Source: Camelus ferus
Lineage: Eukaryota
Reading direction: 5' to 3'
DNA: 64,000 nucleotides
Assembly (NCBI RefSeq): GCF_009834535.1
Contig: NC_045696.1
Coordinates: 36,954,001-37,018,000 of the forward strand
Shown here: positions 39,919 through 53,530 of the stretch, one piece after another
Numbering within the stretch: position 1 is the stretch's first letter
Layout: the number at the start of each line of letters is the position of its first letter
Notes under the pieces: generated by a model
Databases searched by the model: none
Told to the model about the DNA's origin: nothing
Seen by the model: only the letters and a program-made list of their open reading frames with translations
Made by a program: the position numbers and the translations under genes

Positions 39919-39958
39919 CTATCAAACCTCAAAACGAAGCTGACTAACATTCGTTCCA
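39919..39958 (-). other. Candidate 40-nt spliced exon, probably non-coding/5'UTR
   Basis: Minus strand: ttttgttttgttcttaattcAG|TGGAACGAATGTTAGTCAGCTTCGTTTTGAGGTTTGATAG|GTAAGT. Near-consensus sites, two CpGs, repeat-free flanks. Confidence 0.5.
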
Positions 39959-40924
39959 CTGAATTAAGAACAAAACAAAAATTCTGCTATAAAAGTCTAC
40001 ATATCAAACAAAAATAGCTGTAAAAGAATTAAATAAAATTGATTGTGTAATTAATCCCCAAAATATATCTACTCAGTCATTTTAAGGCAATAACTTTACA
40101 ATTCAATGAATTAAGGAAACTATTTGCTGATTTGTTGTCATGTGAACTCACCCTGGTAGTTCCTACTTCAAAAAAATCAATTTAGTCAGTTTTTTCTATT
40201 TGATTAATATCTCATAAATGCAAATAAAATATATTTTTTCCCTCCCTGGGTGTCTCTTTGTCATGGTCCTAATGGGAGAAAAGCAGATGACAGACATATG
40301 GGTTTATTAATTCTTTATGGAACTAAAGTAAAACAATATAGAGGCTGAATATAAATAAAGGCACCACTATTTTTACTAAGTACAGCAAAAGACCTTTTCT
40401 CCTCTTGAGTAGCACTTTGTAAATTCACAAATGGAAATTGTTAACCAGTGTAGATTCCATTATGGTAAACTTCCTTGTTTAGGGGCAGGGATTTCATTAA
40501 TGGACAGTTGATTTGAGAGCGTTAAACATACTTCAGATGCACTCTTCTTGGATTGTCTTCTTTATGTGCAGGAAGAAATATAACCTTCTCCAAAAATTTT
40601 GATCTAATGGTGCTTGATGTTAGGTATTTTTTCAGACTTAACAGTTATGCAGTGAAAAGGAAACAATTTCCAATAATTTCTAGGCTCAAGTTTTTGAGCA
40701 TGGAAATTTCAGGGGGCACTAAGAATTCTGGTTACTTAGGTGAAATAGTTTCTGTAATCTTTATTCGTTTTTATTATCTTTCTAAATTTGCTGAATTATA
40801 TTATTCTCCAATATTTAAAACATAGATATTTCCTGGGTGATTATTATGGCTAGTGACATTTATTAGACACTTATTCTACTCAGAATTTACAAATTTTGTT
40901 CATGTAACACTCACCACCATCCCG

Positions 40925-40928
<4 letters not shown>

Positions 40929-40969
<41 letters not shown>
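40929..40969. repeat. (TG)~20 microsatellite
   Basis: Directly visible. Confidence 0.97.
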
Positions 40970-40973
<4 letters not shown>

Positions 40974-41164
40974 ACTGTATTCTAGAAAAGGGGTTTCTGG
41001 TCTCTCTGACTCCATAATTTAATGATAGGAAATAGGAGGCATGAGCTCCCAAAAGTCGATCAAGACATATTACTTGGATTAGTACAATGGGAAACAGAAT
41101 AGATTACCCGCCCTCAAGAAGCTTAAGAGCTAAATGCAAGGTTAGGCAATGTTGGATTACAGAC

Positions 41165-41790
41165 TACAGGAGGAGGACACCTGCTCTAAACACATTCAAA
41201 ATGCTGCGTGTGATATATCCGGCCTGGATATAGGCAATTACAAAGCCTTTATGTGGTAGGCCTCCTGTCCTCCCACACCAGACGTGGTGCACGGCTGGAG
41301 CATTGCAGATTCTGAAGGGAGTTGCAGTCTAGGACTCAGCCCCTGGTTGGTCATGCTCTTATGCAGAACTGAATTTACAGCCCAAATACCTTCATTTGGA
41401 CGGTCTGTATGGGGGCCTTCCTGAGGCAAATATGTGGAAACCTCCTTATGATTAGGGGTAAAGGCAGGGAAAGGTGAGGATGCTTTTTCTCCATTCTGAC
41501 TCAGGTCTCAGTACTTTCCCACTTGTAGTCCTTTCCTCTCTCCCTCTCCCCCCAAAAAACCCAGGTCCATAAAACTGCAGGATCCTTCTGTTTGAGGCTC
41601 CCTCTGCTGTGAGGCCATCTCCACTCCATGGGGAAAAACAGGTGAGGCAGGGGTCAGCACTTTCTCTGGTTTAGCCTATCCATGAGTGTTTAAGGCTTGA
41701 CTCCTTCTTTCATTTTGACTTTTCTTAATCAGCTAGCTACTCTGGCGTCTGGCAGCTCATTTCTGTTGAGTTCATTTAAGCTCCTGCCAT
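41165..41790 (+). mobile_element. ERVL LTR, MER54-like
   Basis: ccaggtccataaaactgcagga..cctt.tgtttgaggctccctc and the tctggcagctca...ctcctg end; boundaries approximate. Confidence 0.55.
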
Positions 41791-43721
41791 AGGGAAGAGT
41801 ATACAGGAAAAATACCTCAGTATAGATGAGAAGAGTAAGTCAAAATGCAGAAAGTATCTTGTTAAAGATATTTATATGCAGGTCATGAGCAAAAGTTGTG
41901 AATTAAAAGCTCAGAGATCCTAAGAGACATTAGGAGAGCAGGGAGGATATGAATTTGGTTCAAACGATGGCTTACAGTTGGGGTTACAGTAAGAAATTGG
42001 AGCTGATAATCCTAGTGGGGGCATTTTATATTTAAACCAGAATTCAAGAAAATGTAAGTGGTTTTGTCCTGAACAGACAATGAAAACGTCATGATATGCT
42101 TGAATATAAGGGGTAATGTAATAAAACTTGTAATTTAGAAGCGGTTTTAGGAGTGTTTTGTCCATCTCTCTAGCCAGCCTGGCCGAACGATTATAGGCTG
42201 TATGTTTTGGGAACATATTGTGCAGGATATTGGAGTGCCTTTGAATAGCTCATGATCTAAGGGGCTGATTTGTGTTTCAACAAAGGCTAAGAAGTTATCC
42301 TACAGTGTGACTTAATAAAGACCCTTTAACAGTACTATGGGAAAACAGTGTAATTTGACTAACTCAGGAGACAGTGGGGAAGATCTCAGATAGTGGGTGA
42401 TCCATAAACTGAATTTTAAAAATGTGTAGAATCACATAAACAGAGCAAGTACCTATGAAAAGATCACATAAACCAAAAATTTGTGTTTTACTTCAGACAT
42501 TCTCTAAATTTTATTTCATCCTTCAGAAAATGAGAATAATTATGAGAAAAATCAGAATAATTTTTTCTACAAAACTATATACATTGAAGGGCTATTTTGA
42601 TAACTGATGAAAGTGTTTGTAAATCCACAAAAAAATGTTTTATTATTAACGATGAATCTTGTATTTATAAAGTTCTGACAATTTTCAGAAAAGCATAAAT
42701 TATACTTCATAATTTAGCCTAGCTTAATTTTCCATCAATTTTCAATAGGTACGTATCATTTGACCAAACCAGGTTTACAATTAAAACTATCTCATCTTAA
42801 AAATGATGGACTAGTAAAGTTTCTGATAATAAGAAATAATTTTAAATTTTACATAAGCATCGTAAACACTGCACTTTAATATAAAAACATGTGCATAGAT
42901 ATTCATTTGTCAAACATTTACTATAAGGCCATTGACTTCTCTGTGTGTGGAATTACTGATTGTAGTTTGATATTTTCCTTACTTCTAAATTATTAACATA
43001 GTCTAAATTTTCTAGTTTTAGTTTCTCTAAAGAAGAGTAAAAATGTTGAAAACAGCTTCCCAGATTTGTTCTAGATGTTTATGATTAACTTTCCATTCTG
43101 TGGGATTATTATCTTTTCACACCCAATTTAACAATAATTTTTTAGATTACACACCTTTGTCAAATATTTACAAATCATTTAACTTATTTATCATAGCAAC
43201 TATTTCTTTTGAACTCAGTTGATTTAAGTATTATTTAAATTAATTACATAATTACTATGATGATTGCAAGTGACAAAAACAGAAACAGAAAGAAAACCAA
43301 CTGCTCTCCATGATATAACTTAACATACAGAAAAAAGTGTGTGTCTACACTAGAGTGTGGTTTACTCCGTCAGAAACATTTAGAATCTGTGAATCCTACT
43401 CAGTGCTTTTTCATAGAAGGTTATCAGTTAATCTGGGTAACTGGATTGAATGGATTTCCTTATAAGAGTTTCTACTATCATTATTATTTTTCAAATTCTC
43501 AGCTATTTACCTTTGTGCATGTCCCCTCTGCTAAAATGCCTGCTCACCTCTTATCCTGGGAAACTACTACTCATTCCTAAAGATTCCGGGAGAAGCAGTG
43601 ATTTCCCTGGAATTATTTTCAGATTATTTCTCACTAAAGCGAGTAAGGCAGCCCTACATCTGTGTTCAAAGATCTCCCTCTCTAAACCACTGTTGTTAAT
43701 CTCTTTGCACAAATATTAATT

Positions 43722-43960
43722 GTAGCTAGCAATTATGGAGCACATGGTTATTATATGCGGGGCCTTGTTTTCAGCAGTTTGCATGTATTAAGTTATTTAA
43801 TCCTCTGGACACTCTGTGAGGTAGGAATTGGTATTTTCTTCTATTTTATAAACGTGAAAGAAGCATATAGAGTTTGAGTAATTTGTATAAAGCAACATAG
43901 TTCCTAGGTAAAGATGTCAGGACACAAACGTAAGTATTCTGGCTTCAGAGCTCATGTTTT
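43722..43960 (-). mobile_element. MIR nested in an L2 3' region
   Basis: ttatttaatcctc...ctgtgaggtagg...attttata...ctggcttcagagctcatg. Confidence 0.7.
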
Positions 43961-45379
43961 TAGGGTCAGCACTTAATCTCTCTCAATCACAGAACATTGT
44001 ATTTTAGTGGTTGGTGTTCACAATAAGTGATTAGTTCTTGCTATCAAAATTATGTCTTTTTCATCTTTCTATCTTTAATATAGAGCACCAATGCCTGGAA
44101 CATAATGATATTATCACATTTTTTTTAAATAAATGAATGAGATATCAAATGGAGTTACTTTTTAGCCATTTGAAATTTAGAGGGCTGTCTAACTGTATCA
44201 GACATCTTTTTAAAGCAGGGTGGTTAGTGAAAAGGAGAGGGAATGCTGCATGTTTCTCATATTTTCGGTCCTCTGTTGCTTTGAAGAGCCACAGAAGCTT
44301 ATTTTTCACCTCAGAATAGTGCCAACGTTATTTGGTATTTGATTGTGCATTCTTGTTACATTAATAAATCATGGGAGCTGAAAATTGATGTATCATTGAA
44401 TGAATCCAAATAATTTATTTTTTTCTTCTCTGCCATTCTGTCCATAAGGTTCAAAGCATTGGTTGTCTCAGTTCATAAAATTTCCACTGGATAGATAGGT
44501 TAGAGCCACTCCATAGAATCAATGTCACACAAACCATGTGGGTTGATGGATTTTTTCACATCAAACTGTCATCTTGTCTCTGCTGTTACATTATATTTGC
44601 TACCTCAACAGTGACTTAAATTGTTATTTTTTACAGCTAGTATCCCACTACGAAATAACCCAGTGTATTTTTGACCACCCATTTAACTGTTTATTGATAT
44701 CCAAAGGCTTTAGCTTTTCATCCTAAGTTTGAGCCTAAAATTGTCTAGATTTTTTTTTAAGGTGGCACACATCTAAAAACGGACCTATATACAGAAATCT
44801 CACTGTGACAGGATATTATTTCAGGAGTCAGGGTTGACTTACTGATATAACATTTTGCTTTCCTTTCATTTATTTCTTTATATCAGTTACTACCCAGTTT
44901 AACCTGATGGCATTTTATGATGACTGCTGGCACTGGTGCTCTGAGAGTTAACTCTGGGGATTTTGTGTCTGTGTAGGCACTGGCATCCTTAGCCAAGGAG
45001 CCACACACACATTCACAAATACCCAAAAAAAGACACATTTTTCTGTAGATAATTTAAGAGGCATGTTTTTGCATTTAGATAATAAAGACATGCTCTCTCA
45101 AGGATGATTAAGGGGGTTGCCTTGTAAAGAGTGTGTAAAGAACAGTCCAGTCAGTGGGAATTACAATTTAAATTACAGAGAGAAAACAAAGAAAAAAGTG
45201 ACCTGGTAACTGATAAATAGTCAGGATGGGAGTTGCATGTGTGTGGATGTGTGTGTTAACATTTGTATTTTGGAATGAGATTGAGAGAAGTAAAAATAAT
45301 AAAGACAAAATTTTTCAAAGATGTAAAAAATAAAATACCTTCCATAGGGAAAAGGAGTTTATATTTTATACTGCATCCA

Positions 45380-45980
45380 CTAAAGAATTTTAAATGGGAC
45401 AATCATACAATCACATGTATATTTTGGATTCTGTAGCTGTGTGGAACAAGTATTTGAGTGGGAAAGAACAGGGACAAAAGGACCAATTACGTTATTCTTG
45501 AAATAACTGATATGAGAGATAACTGGATTTTGTACTATGGCAGTAACTGTTAGGGTATGGAGAAGGGATGGATTTGAAAGAATTTAAAGAAAAAATTAAT
45601 ATAACTTGGTAAATTACTAAATTGGATTGGGGAGCAGAATGATGGGAAAACGGAAAGAGTCAAGAATGATACCTTATGATGTGTGTACCTGGGTAGAAAT
45701 GTTCCTGGAGAATGATGAAGACGAATGATTCACTGTTTTGGTAACATGAGGCAGGTGAAGAAGACTGGAGTAGATAACTGTTTGCAACATGAAGAATTAA
45801 TGTGCTTATAATATACAGAGGCAGAGAGGTACAGAGGCAGCTGGAGCTCAGGAGAGAGATGCCGACTGGTGGTGTGGATTTGTAAATTATTACCATATAC
45901 CTGGTCATTGAAGTCACGGGTGCCAGATCGATCATAAAGACAAGTCTCAGAGTTGTAAATGAGGAACAAGTAGGTAACAA
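45380..45980 (-). mobile_element. L2 fragment
   Basis: gcagctggagctcaggagagagat, gtggatttg and gtcattgaagtcacggg motifs. Confidence 0.6.
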
Positions 45981-46433
45981 CGACACCAGAAGAAGTCTTG
46001 CACTCTCTGCATCCTGAGCTTCTCACTGCTCTCCATAACACATTCAGTCTTTCATACCTCCTCACTTTTGAGGCTGTTATTCATTATGCCTGGAACACCT
46101 TGTATTCTGTCTCACTCTCTGTCTGACGTGTTCCTCACCAGTATTAATCAGTTGGACCCGAGACAGAAGCACGAGGAATCTGAAAGTAGGAGGAACTGAG
46201 GTGGTGTTGAACAAAAAGACCCTACTACATTCAGTATTCACTGTTATCCATTCTTAGGCAACTAGAATACCATGTTCAAATGTTAACTGTTTTCTGGCTC
46301 CTTGGGAGGACCTCTCTTTGTTGTCAGAACAACCTGTCCTCATAATTTTTCGTGATACTTAAAGGATTACTTTATTTTCACATATTTGCATGTCTTCTAC
46401 TCCTCTTAGACTAGAAATTCTTCAGGGACCTTG

Positions 46434-46772
46434 TGTGTCAGTTTTGGTCCTCTAAGAATAGAACCAAAAAAGATGCCAAGATGGGATTAGATATTAGATC
46501 ATTAATTGGGGAACACCTGTGAAGGATACAGCAGGAGGGGGCAAGAGAATACAGGAGTGTCTTCAGGTCATGAGACAAGTCTGACACTTGTGAAGAAAAG
46601 TGGACCAAAGAAATCTTAGGAAAGAATAGCTTCAGACCCCAGTGCAATTTTCAGAATGTTTCCAGTGGTCCTGGAGTGAATAGTGTGGTAAACTAGAAGG
46701 AGCAGTGATCTAGTTGCTCCTGCAAGTGTTTCAAGAGGGAGGTGTGTGCACCACACTCCCTTGACTGCCACA
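46434..46772 (-). mobile_element. ERVL LTR33-like fragment within an L2 3' end
   Basis: ggtcctctaagaa...gatgccaagatgggattagat...cacctgtgaaggata...gtctgacacttgtgaa. Confidence 0.65.
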
Positions 46773-47918
46773 TGTATTTTGAATGCTGTCTGGAATAAAT
46801 CCAACATGCAATAAAGTTTTAATGAACTAATGACTTGAATGAATGAGTTAGTGAATTGAGTTTTCTAGCTTTTGATGGGTTTCCTTGCTTGTCTTTTTCT
46901 TTCTTTTAGATAGACTTTCGTTGCTTATCCTTTTTACACCAAATGCATATATTGAAAATGAAGAGTTAGAACTTAACTGACTCTTGCAATGACCTTGATT
47001 TTATTAAGATTATATAATTAGTTGAGATTCTAGCCAAATTAAATGTTATAATTGCTATTTATAGCCTACTAATCATTTAAACATATTTTAGTATGCTTTT
47101 ATTCCTCACATAGACTTAATTAAGGAGCTGTGGTTACTCTCTGCTATCTCATGTCAAATAATGAAATCTGTTTTTTGTTGTTGTTTTTAATTTCTGTACT
47201 ATTTATATGGAAGAAAAACTAACCACAAAGTCATATTGTTAAAATAACATTAACGTCAAACATCTATTGCATCAATAGGAATTAATATTTCAAGCAACCA
47301 AATAAAGTCTTGTTTTCAAAAATTTTTACAATTGCACAAAAGCAGTTTTCTTTACACAAAGCAGGCCTGGACTTGTTTAAATATTCTGTTTTTGCTCATG
47401 GAAATGATGGATTATGTTTAAAATGTTAGTGTAAATTAAACTTGTCTAAATAAAAATATGCAATTTATTTCCACTCAGTGTTATTTAAGTATTGCCTTTA
47501 ATTTTGAAATGGAATAATTACATGTTTTTCTATACAAAGTATCTTATAAAACACTATTCTTCCTAATAACTTGAATTATATTCAGGCTTTTTAGAGTACA
47601 TGTAAGGAATGTGATTTAGATTTTAAGTACATATATTCCTAAATGTAAGATTATTTGCAGCCATGTAAATATGAGATATTTCACCAGAATGAAATAGTGA
47701 CATATGATTATCAATCTGAATAACAAAAATGAAAATTAATTTACGTAAAAAATCACTGTATTTTTATTTTGCATGCTGACCAAACACCAAATTAAATACA
47801 TTACGTTGAAGTTAAAATTTATTTTTGAATAAGTTCCAAACTGCAATTATCTTTTAAATTGTGTGTGTTTTTTTTTTTAAAGAAGCAGGTGGGGCAATAT
47901 TTATGTAACATAGGGCTG

Positions 47919-48378
47919 TGTATTAGCTTCCTGGGGCTGCCAGAACAAAGCACCACACACTGGGTGGCTTAAACAATAGAAATTTATTCTTTCACAGCTT
48001 TAGAGGATAGACATTTGAAAACAAGTTGTCATGAGGGCCATGCCCTCCTTGAAGGCTCTGGGGTAGCACCTTCTTTTGCCTATTCTAGCTTCTGGTGGTT
48101 TCTGGCCCTCCTTGGCATTCATTAGCTTGTAGATGGATGTCTTCAAATGGCTTTTTCTTCTTTTGTCTTCACATCACCTTTCCTCTGGGTCTGTGTCTCT
48201 GTGCCTCTTCTCTTCTGATTATAAGAAAACCAGTCATACTGGATTAAGGGCCCACCCTACTCTAATATGACTTCATCTTAACCTCGTTGCATTTACAAAG
48301 ACCTTATTTTCAAATGAGATAACATTCTGAGGTGCCAGGAAGGACTTCAATTTGGGACACATTATCCAACCCAATACA
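47919..48378 (-). mobile_element. MaLR LTR (MLT1B/C-like)
   Basis: tgtattagcttcctggggctgcc..aacaaagcaccacacactgggtggcttaaacaa...ggattaagggcccaccctact...caacccaataca. Confidence 0.9.
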
Positions 48379-49865
48379 GAATGTAATAAGTACGTTTAAC
48401 ATGTATTTTGTATTTTGTATGCCAGATTCAAAGTGTTTAGACAGTTTATCAAATTCTCCTGGAGAAAATTACATTGTTAGATAGTCTAAAGAAAAATAAC
48501 AAAATTGGTCATGATTAGCCATAACTAAAAATAATTTATACACCCCCTCTGTAACTATACCATGAATGTGGAGTGATCAGTCAGCTTACTGCTCTGGGGT
48601 GGTGGGCCAGTATCCCAATTTGTATCACTGTTTAAAAAAAGAGCCATTCTAATATTTATGGTTTTAAAAATTATGAAACATTCAAATATGTAGCTCAAAT
48701 ATAATTGTTACAAATAATATCATATAGCATGTGTTTTTGAAATTCTTTATTTCATTCTCAATAAGCTATATGGGAAGTAAGAGTTTACCTAAAACATATG
48801 TGAAACCCTAAGTGGCCAAACAAGACTTGGAGTAACAAGGCACTTTGTGCCAGAGACCTGGAAGGAAACAGACAGCAAGCTGCAAGTGGGTCATTTGTAG
48901 AGTTTAATTAAGGAATTATTTACAAAGATGTGCAGAGAGTGTAGGGTGGCAATGCCCTAGACCTAGTAACAATAATGGTGGGGGTCCTTTTCCTTCTCTA
49001 AGTCCAGATAGGAAGGAGAGGAAGAAGTTACCTGCAACCAGAAACGAAGAAGCCAAAGGGAGAGGGCCACTGTAAAGCTGGGACCCTAGGTCATATACTC
49101 AGTCAAGTGAAAGAACCTTGCAGGGAGGAAGCCAGGGTAGTAATTAATCTAGCCTTCCCCAGTTCCTCCCTCTACCTGCCTGCCAGTCCCTCCATTGTCA
49201 GATTCCAACCAGAAGCCAGAAGCAAGAAAGCACATTGATATCTATCCATAGAGCTCAGCCTCTCAGCATACATCCTTGAGTGGACAAGGTTGGAGAGAAG
49301 ATTTGAAAGTTTATCTCAATTTTATACCTATTCTAGAACATCATGTACACTGTCTGATAAAAGTACAAAAAAAATCCCACTATTTACATTTTCATTTTTA
49401 ATATGATTTAGTCCTAATGTCAATCTTCCTTTTTATTTTTGTTTTATAACTGAAGGCTGAGTTTAGCTAGACCCGACAATCAAAGCAGTGATAGGAGGTA
49501 GGGAATCACTGTGTCATCGGTTCTTTGTTACCTGTAGAAGCAAGCGCGCTGACATTACAGGGTGTTTGTGTAGTGGGCAGCAGTTTCAGTCTAGCATGCT
49601 TTACAGCAATTGCTGCCATTTGATAAGTAACTCCATATGGACTGAGGCTGAAGCAGTAAATCATTGTGTATCCTTCATGCCAAGCACTGATTCATTGCAG
49701 TATCTTACCCTGCAGCTCACTGCTATGAGAGTTTAGAAAATTTACTTGTTTTCTCCAATCGCAGTGATATCTCCAGTTTATTCTCTTGCTGGCTGAATTT
49801 GATGATGTTGATATTTCAGCATCACCATGTGTGTGCTAAACTATTTTCAGTCAGGCATCTACTTA

Positions 49866-50120
49866 CAATCATAAAAGGGTTTGAAGGGACCTTAAAGGTC
49901 ACATAATCTCCCTTCTCACTACATGCACACCATCCCCAAATGATAGTCATATATCTGGCTTCTGCTTGAATAATTCCAATGACAGGGAGCTGCCTACTTG
50001 AGATGCAGCCTTTTCTATGCTTGGATAGCTTTCATTGCTAAAAGTTCTTCCTTATGTTGAGTGGAAATTTATTAACTCTATTTTTCAAATCTTAGTCCTG
50101 ATTCTGTTCTCCAGGACAAT
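49866..50120 (-). mobile_element. L3/CR1 LINE 3' end
   Basis: gaagggaccttaaaggtca...ctgcttgaata.ttcca.tgacagggagct...aaagttcttccttatgttgag. Confidence 0.75.
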
Positions 50121-53100
50121 AAATGTAACTTAAGGTTTTTTGTTAACTCTTAAATATTTACTACCTCAAGATATTTAGCAAAGTACACACAATTTAATTA
50201 AGGTGTATATTTCACAATAACCATACGGTGCAAATAAATCTGAGTCCTTGTTTTCAGAGGCAGTGAGTTCTATGACATTCTAATTCTACATAGAAATTCA
50301 AGTTAAAAAGTCAAACTAGAATCTTCGAAGTGTGGAATTCAAAGAGCTACTCAAAATTATATACTGATGTTCTGATTCTGCTTCAGAGTTCATGGTAGAA
50401 GCAGACTATATGTAGGAATTTCAGAAAAAAAACCCTTCATTTGTATATAAATGGCATTGCTCAGGCAGAGTTTGCAATTTCAAAATCCAAAATTACACTT
50501 GATGTAGAAAACAAATGTAAATTTTGAGTAAAATTCCTATTAGTGCCCCTTGTTTTATTTTACTTTCCATCTACATCTGAAAAAGAGAAAAGACAAAGTA
50601 AATACACACTTGGGATGCCAATGAAACATAACTATTGACCACGTATTGACCACTTACTAAACATTTCATTACTGAACATATGTATATATAAAACATGCCA
50701 TTTCCAGGCTTGGGCTTAAGAGCACTTTTCTTGCATCTGGTTTCTTCAGTGCTTCATCATCCACTGTGAAGATTATTTACATTACTTATTCTCCTGTGTC
50801 TAGTTGATCTTACTTTCCAAAATGTCTCAGCTATAACTGCTAAACAATGGACTAAATATCTGCTAAACTAGTCTTCCCATGGATTCATGTCAATATAGTT
50901 CATTTATGTATTGAGAATTAAACATTTACACTGTCAGGCACAGAAGGAAAAAGAAACAAGAGTCAGTCTAAACTATGAAAATAACATCAACTTCTTTCCG
51001 GGTTTAGTTCTGCACATCACACACTGCCTACATTCATTTCCTTAACAGTAATGATGTCTTGAGAATAATATTTTTTGTTTATCCTCTTCCGATATTATCT
51101 ACCTTATTTTAATTCCATTCCACTGGTACATGTTGCAGATACTCAGATTTTACAAATGGCTTCAAAATTTGCACTTTAATGCAGACAGGATCCAATATTG
51201 CTCTTAAGATAGCTGATCCTCACTTAACAAGGATCTTCCTCAAATTTCTTTTTCATTTTCTCAGTGAATAAGACAGAATCTGAAAAAAATTAAACTCAAC
51301 GAAAATGAGTTTAGATAAATGCTTCTGTAGATATTACTAGAGCTAAGGATATTATAAATGCTGACAATTGATTAAATGTAAAAAATTAAATTCTTAACTC
51401 ATCTAAAATATTTAATACTTCCTTTAGTTCAAGTCTACTCTTACTCTTCGAGATACTTATTTATCATTTTTTTTCTGAATGATGCATTTAAAATTAGTGT
51501 TTCCAAAGAAAAATCAACTGAAAAAGTCAATTCATACATAACCATAAGAAAAGCATTAATTATTTCATTATCATATGAATTATAGTTAAATGAACTTATA
51601 ATCTAGGAAAATTCATATAATAGTAAATGAATAATACAGCTAAAATATAATTGAGTTTGAAAAATAACCAAATTTAATGATTATATCACCTTTACTTACA
51701 TTTTTAACACTTTCTATGCCATTTTCACTAATTTCTATGTGCATTTAGGGCTTGTTAATAAAGTATCATGCCATCAGAATGCACAGGATGCAGTGTTTGC
51801 AAATGTAAAGTAACATAAATGTGTCCGTATATTAAGCAATCCTTAACATATGTACAGTATTTGGAGATAGTTTTTATGGAGACTTTTTAACACTATAAAG
51901 TGTTAAAAGCAGAATAATTTCCTACATAAGCCCTGTGTCATTAGTTTTCAATACAGTTTTGAGTAATGGGTGAATATTTTCTTCTGTGGAACAAAACAGC
52001 TGTGTACTTTAGGTGATGCCAATATATTTATGGAACTATTGCGTCATTTGTTCAATGCACTTTGCAGGCTGCATGAGACAAAGGAGGTGAAAACAGCAGG
52101 AAGTTATTTGTGCTACACTGTGACTTTGAAAATGACACTGCAATCTTTCTAAAAGTTATTAATTTAGCAACACAAATGCAGATTTTTTCCCACTTTTCTT
52201 ATAGCAACAATATTCAATTTGTTTAAAAAAAGAAAAAGATGTGCTCGTTATGTTTGAAACTTTATTTCCATTATGTGTGTGCATTTTAGTAACAGATGAA
52301 CATGTGAAGAGGAAGGAAAAAACAAAGCCCTTCCTCAAGACTTCAAGGGCCAGCCTACTTGATCAACATGTTTTTAAAGATTTTTAAGATGAGTGTAACC
52401 TCAAAAATATTTCTACCCCAAACTGAATTAAACTGGAATAATGGTGGGATTGGAAATCTAACTAGGCTTCCTGAGCTCTGTCGGTGGCTTATTATTAACT
52501 TAGAACCTTTGGGGAATCTGTCATGAAAGAAAGGCTTCCTCTCTGAGCTCTGCTATTTAAATCTCAGTATACAGAAATTATCATTTTTCCCATATTTGCA
52601 AACTATGGGCTTCAGCTTACAACTTGCTGGTTTGACAGCACTGCCCCAAAGCACAAATGAGCAGCCAAAATGCTATTACCCAGCATTTGATGTCGGGGTG
52701 CCTCCTCACTGACACATTAGAAGCAGTGATGTTGCTTCCTTCTGTCCCAATAGGCTCCCAGCTCGCCTTCTGATTTAGGTTCTTGGTAGTTGGAGAGTGA
52801 TCATTAAGCACAAGTCAGACAAGGAGAGAAGGAAGTCATATTTATTGCACAGCTAATTAGGCACTGTGCTAGTTCCTCACATATGTTATTACTCAATTTC
52901 CTTTCTGCTTTAATGACTCTTTACATCTCTCTACCAATGTATTCGGTTTCCTGAGGAGACCTTCCAGTCAAATGTGCAGTTTTGATCCCTGGCTGGGCTT
53001 TTTCCCCACAGTCCCTATTTGCTTTCTTATACTGGCAAACAAGGGACCATGCTTTTCTTCTTTTTACGAGCTTTCCTGAGTGTCTAGACTTTAGCATAGC

Positions 53101-53400
53101 CTGAGAGACCAGTTCCAGTCACTGCCTCTTTTCCTGGCTCCTATCCTGGCCCCATGTTCCCTTCAAAGTGGAAGGTATCTCTCAGGAAAGGATACATTAA
53201 GTCTTCTCTTTTTTATATTTGTATATATATTTTTAGTCTTGGAAAAACAGAAACAGATAAAAAGAACTCTCATTATCCCTCTTCTGTTCCCTTTTAATGA
53301 AGGAGGCGCTCCTTCTATATGTCTCTAAGGTATATGATCATTTACTCTCTATTCCATCTCAAAAAAATTAAACAAAAATTGATGTTATTACTCTTCCCAG

Positions 53401-53530
53401 GTTGTGGAAGAGAATGGGTAGAGTTTTGTTCTAATTGAGGCCAGTATGGTGTATTTGATGTCCTGTAATGTAGCTTAAGTCCAACTTACCGTCTGGACTT
53501 GCTTGTCTCAGAAATGTGAAGTTATAACAG
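53401..53530 (+). other. Candidate non-coding exon (130 nt)
   Basis: ttactcttcccAG|G acceptor and CAG|GTAAGA donor; stops in all frames. Confidence 0.2.

Noticed and set aside
51885..51908. Hairpin ttttaacact-ataa-agtgttaaaa
   Set aside because: 10-bp AT-rich arms are not far from chance expectation in 64 kb, and it is too short for a pre-miRNA.
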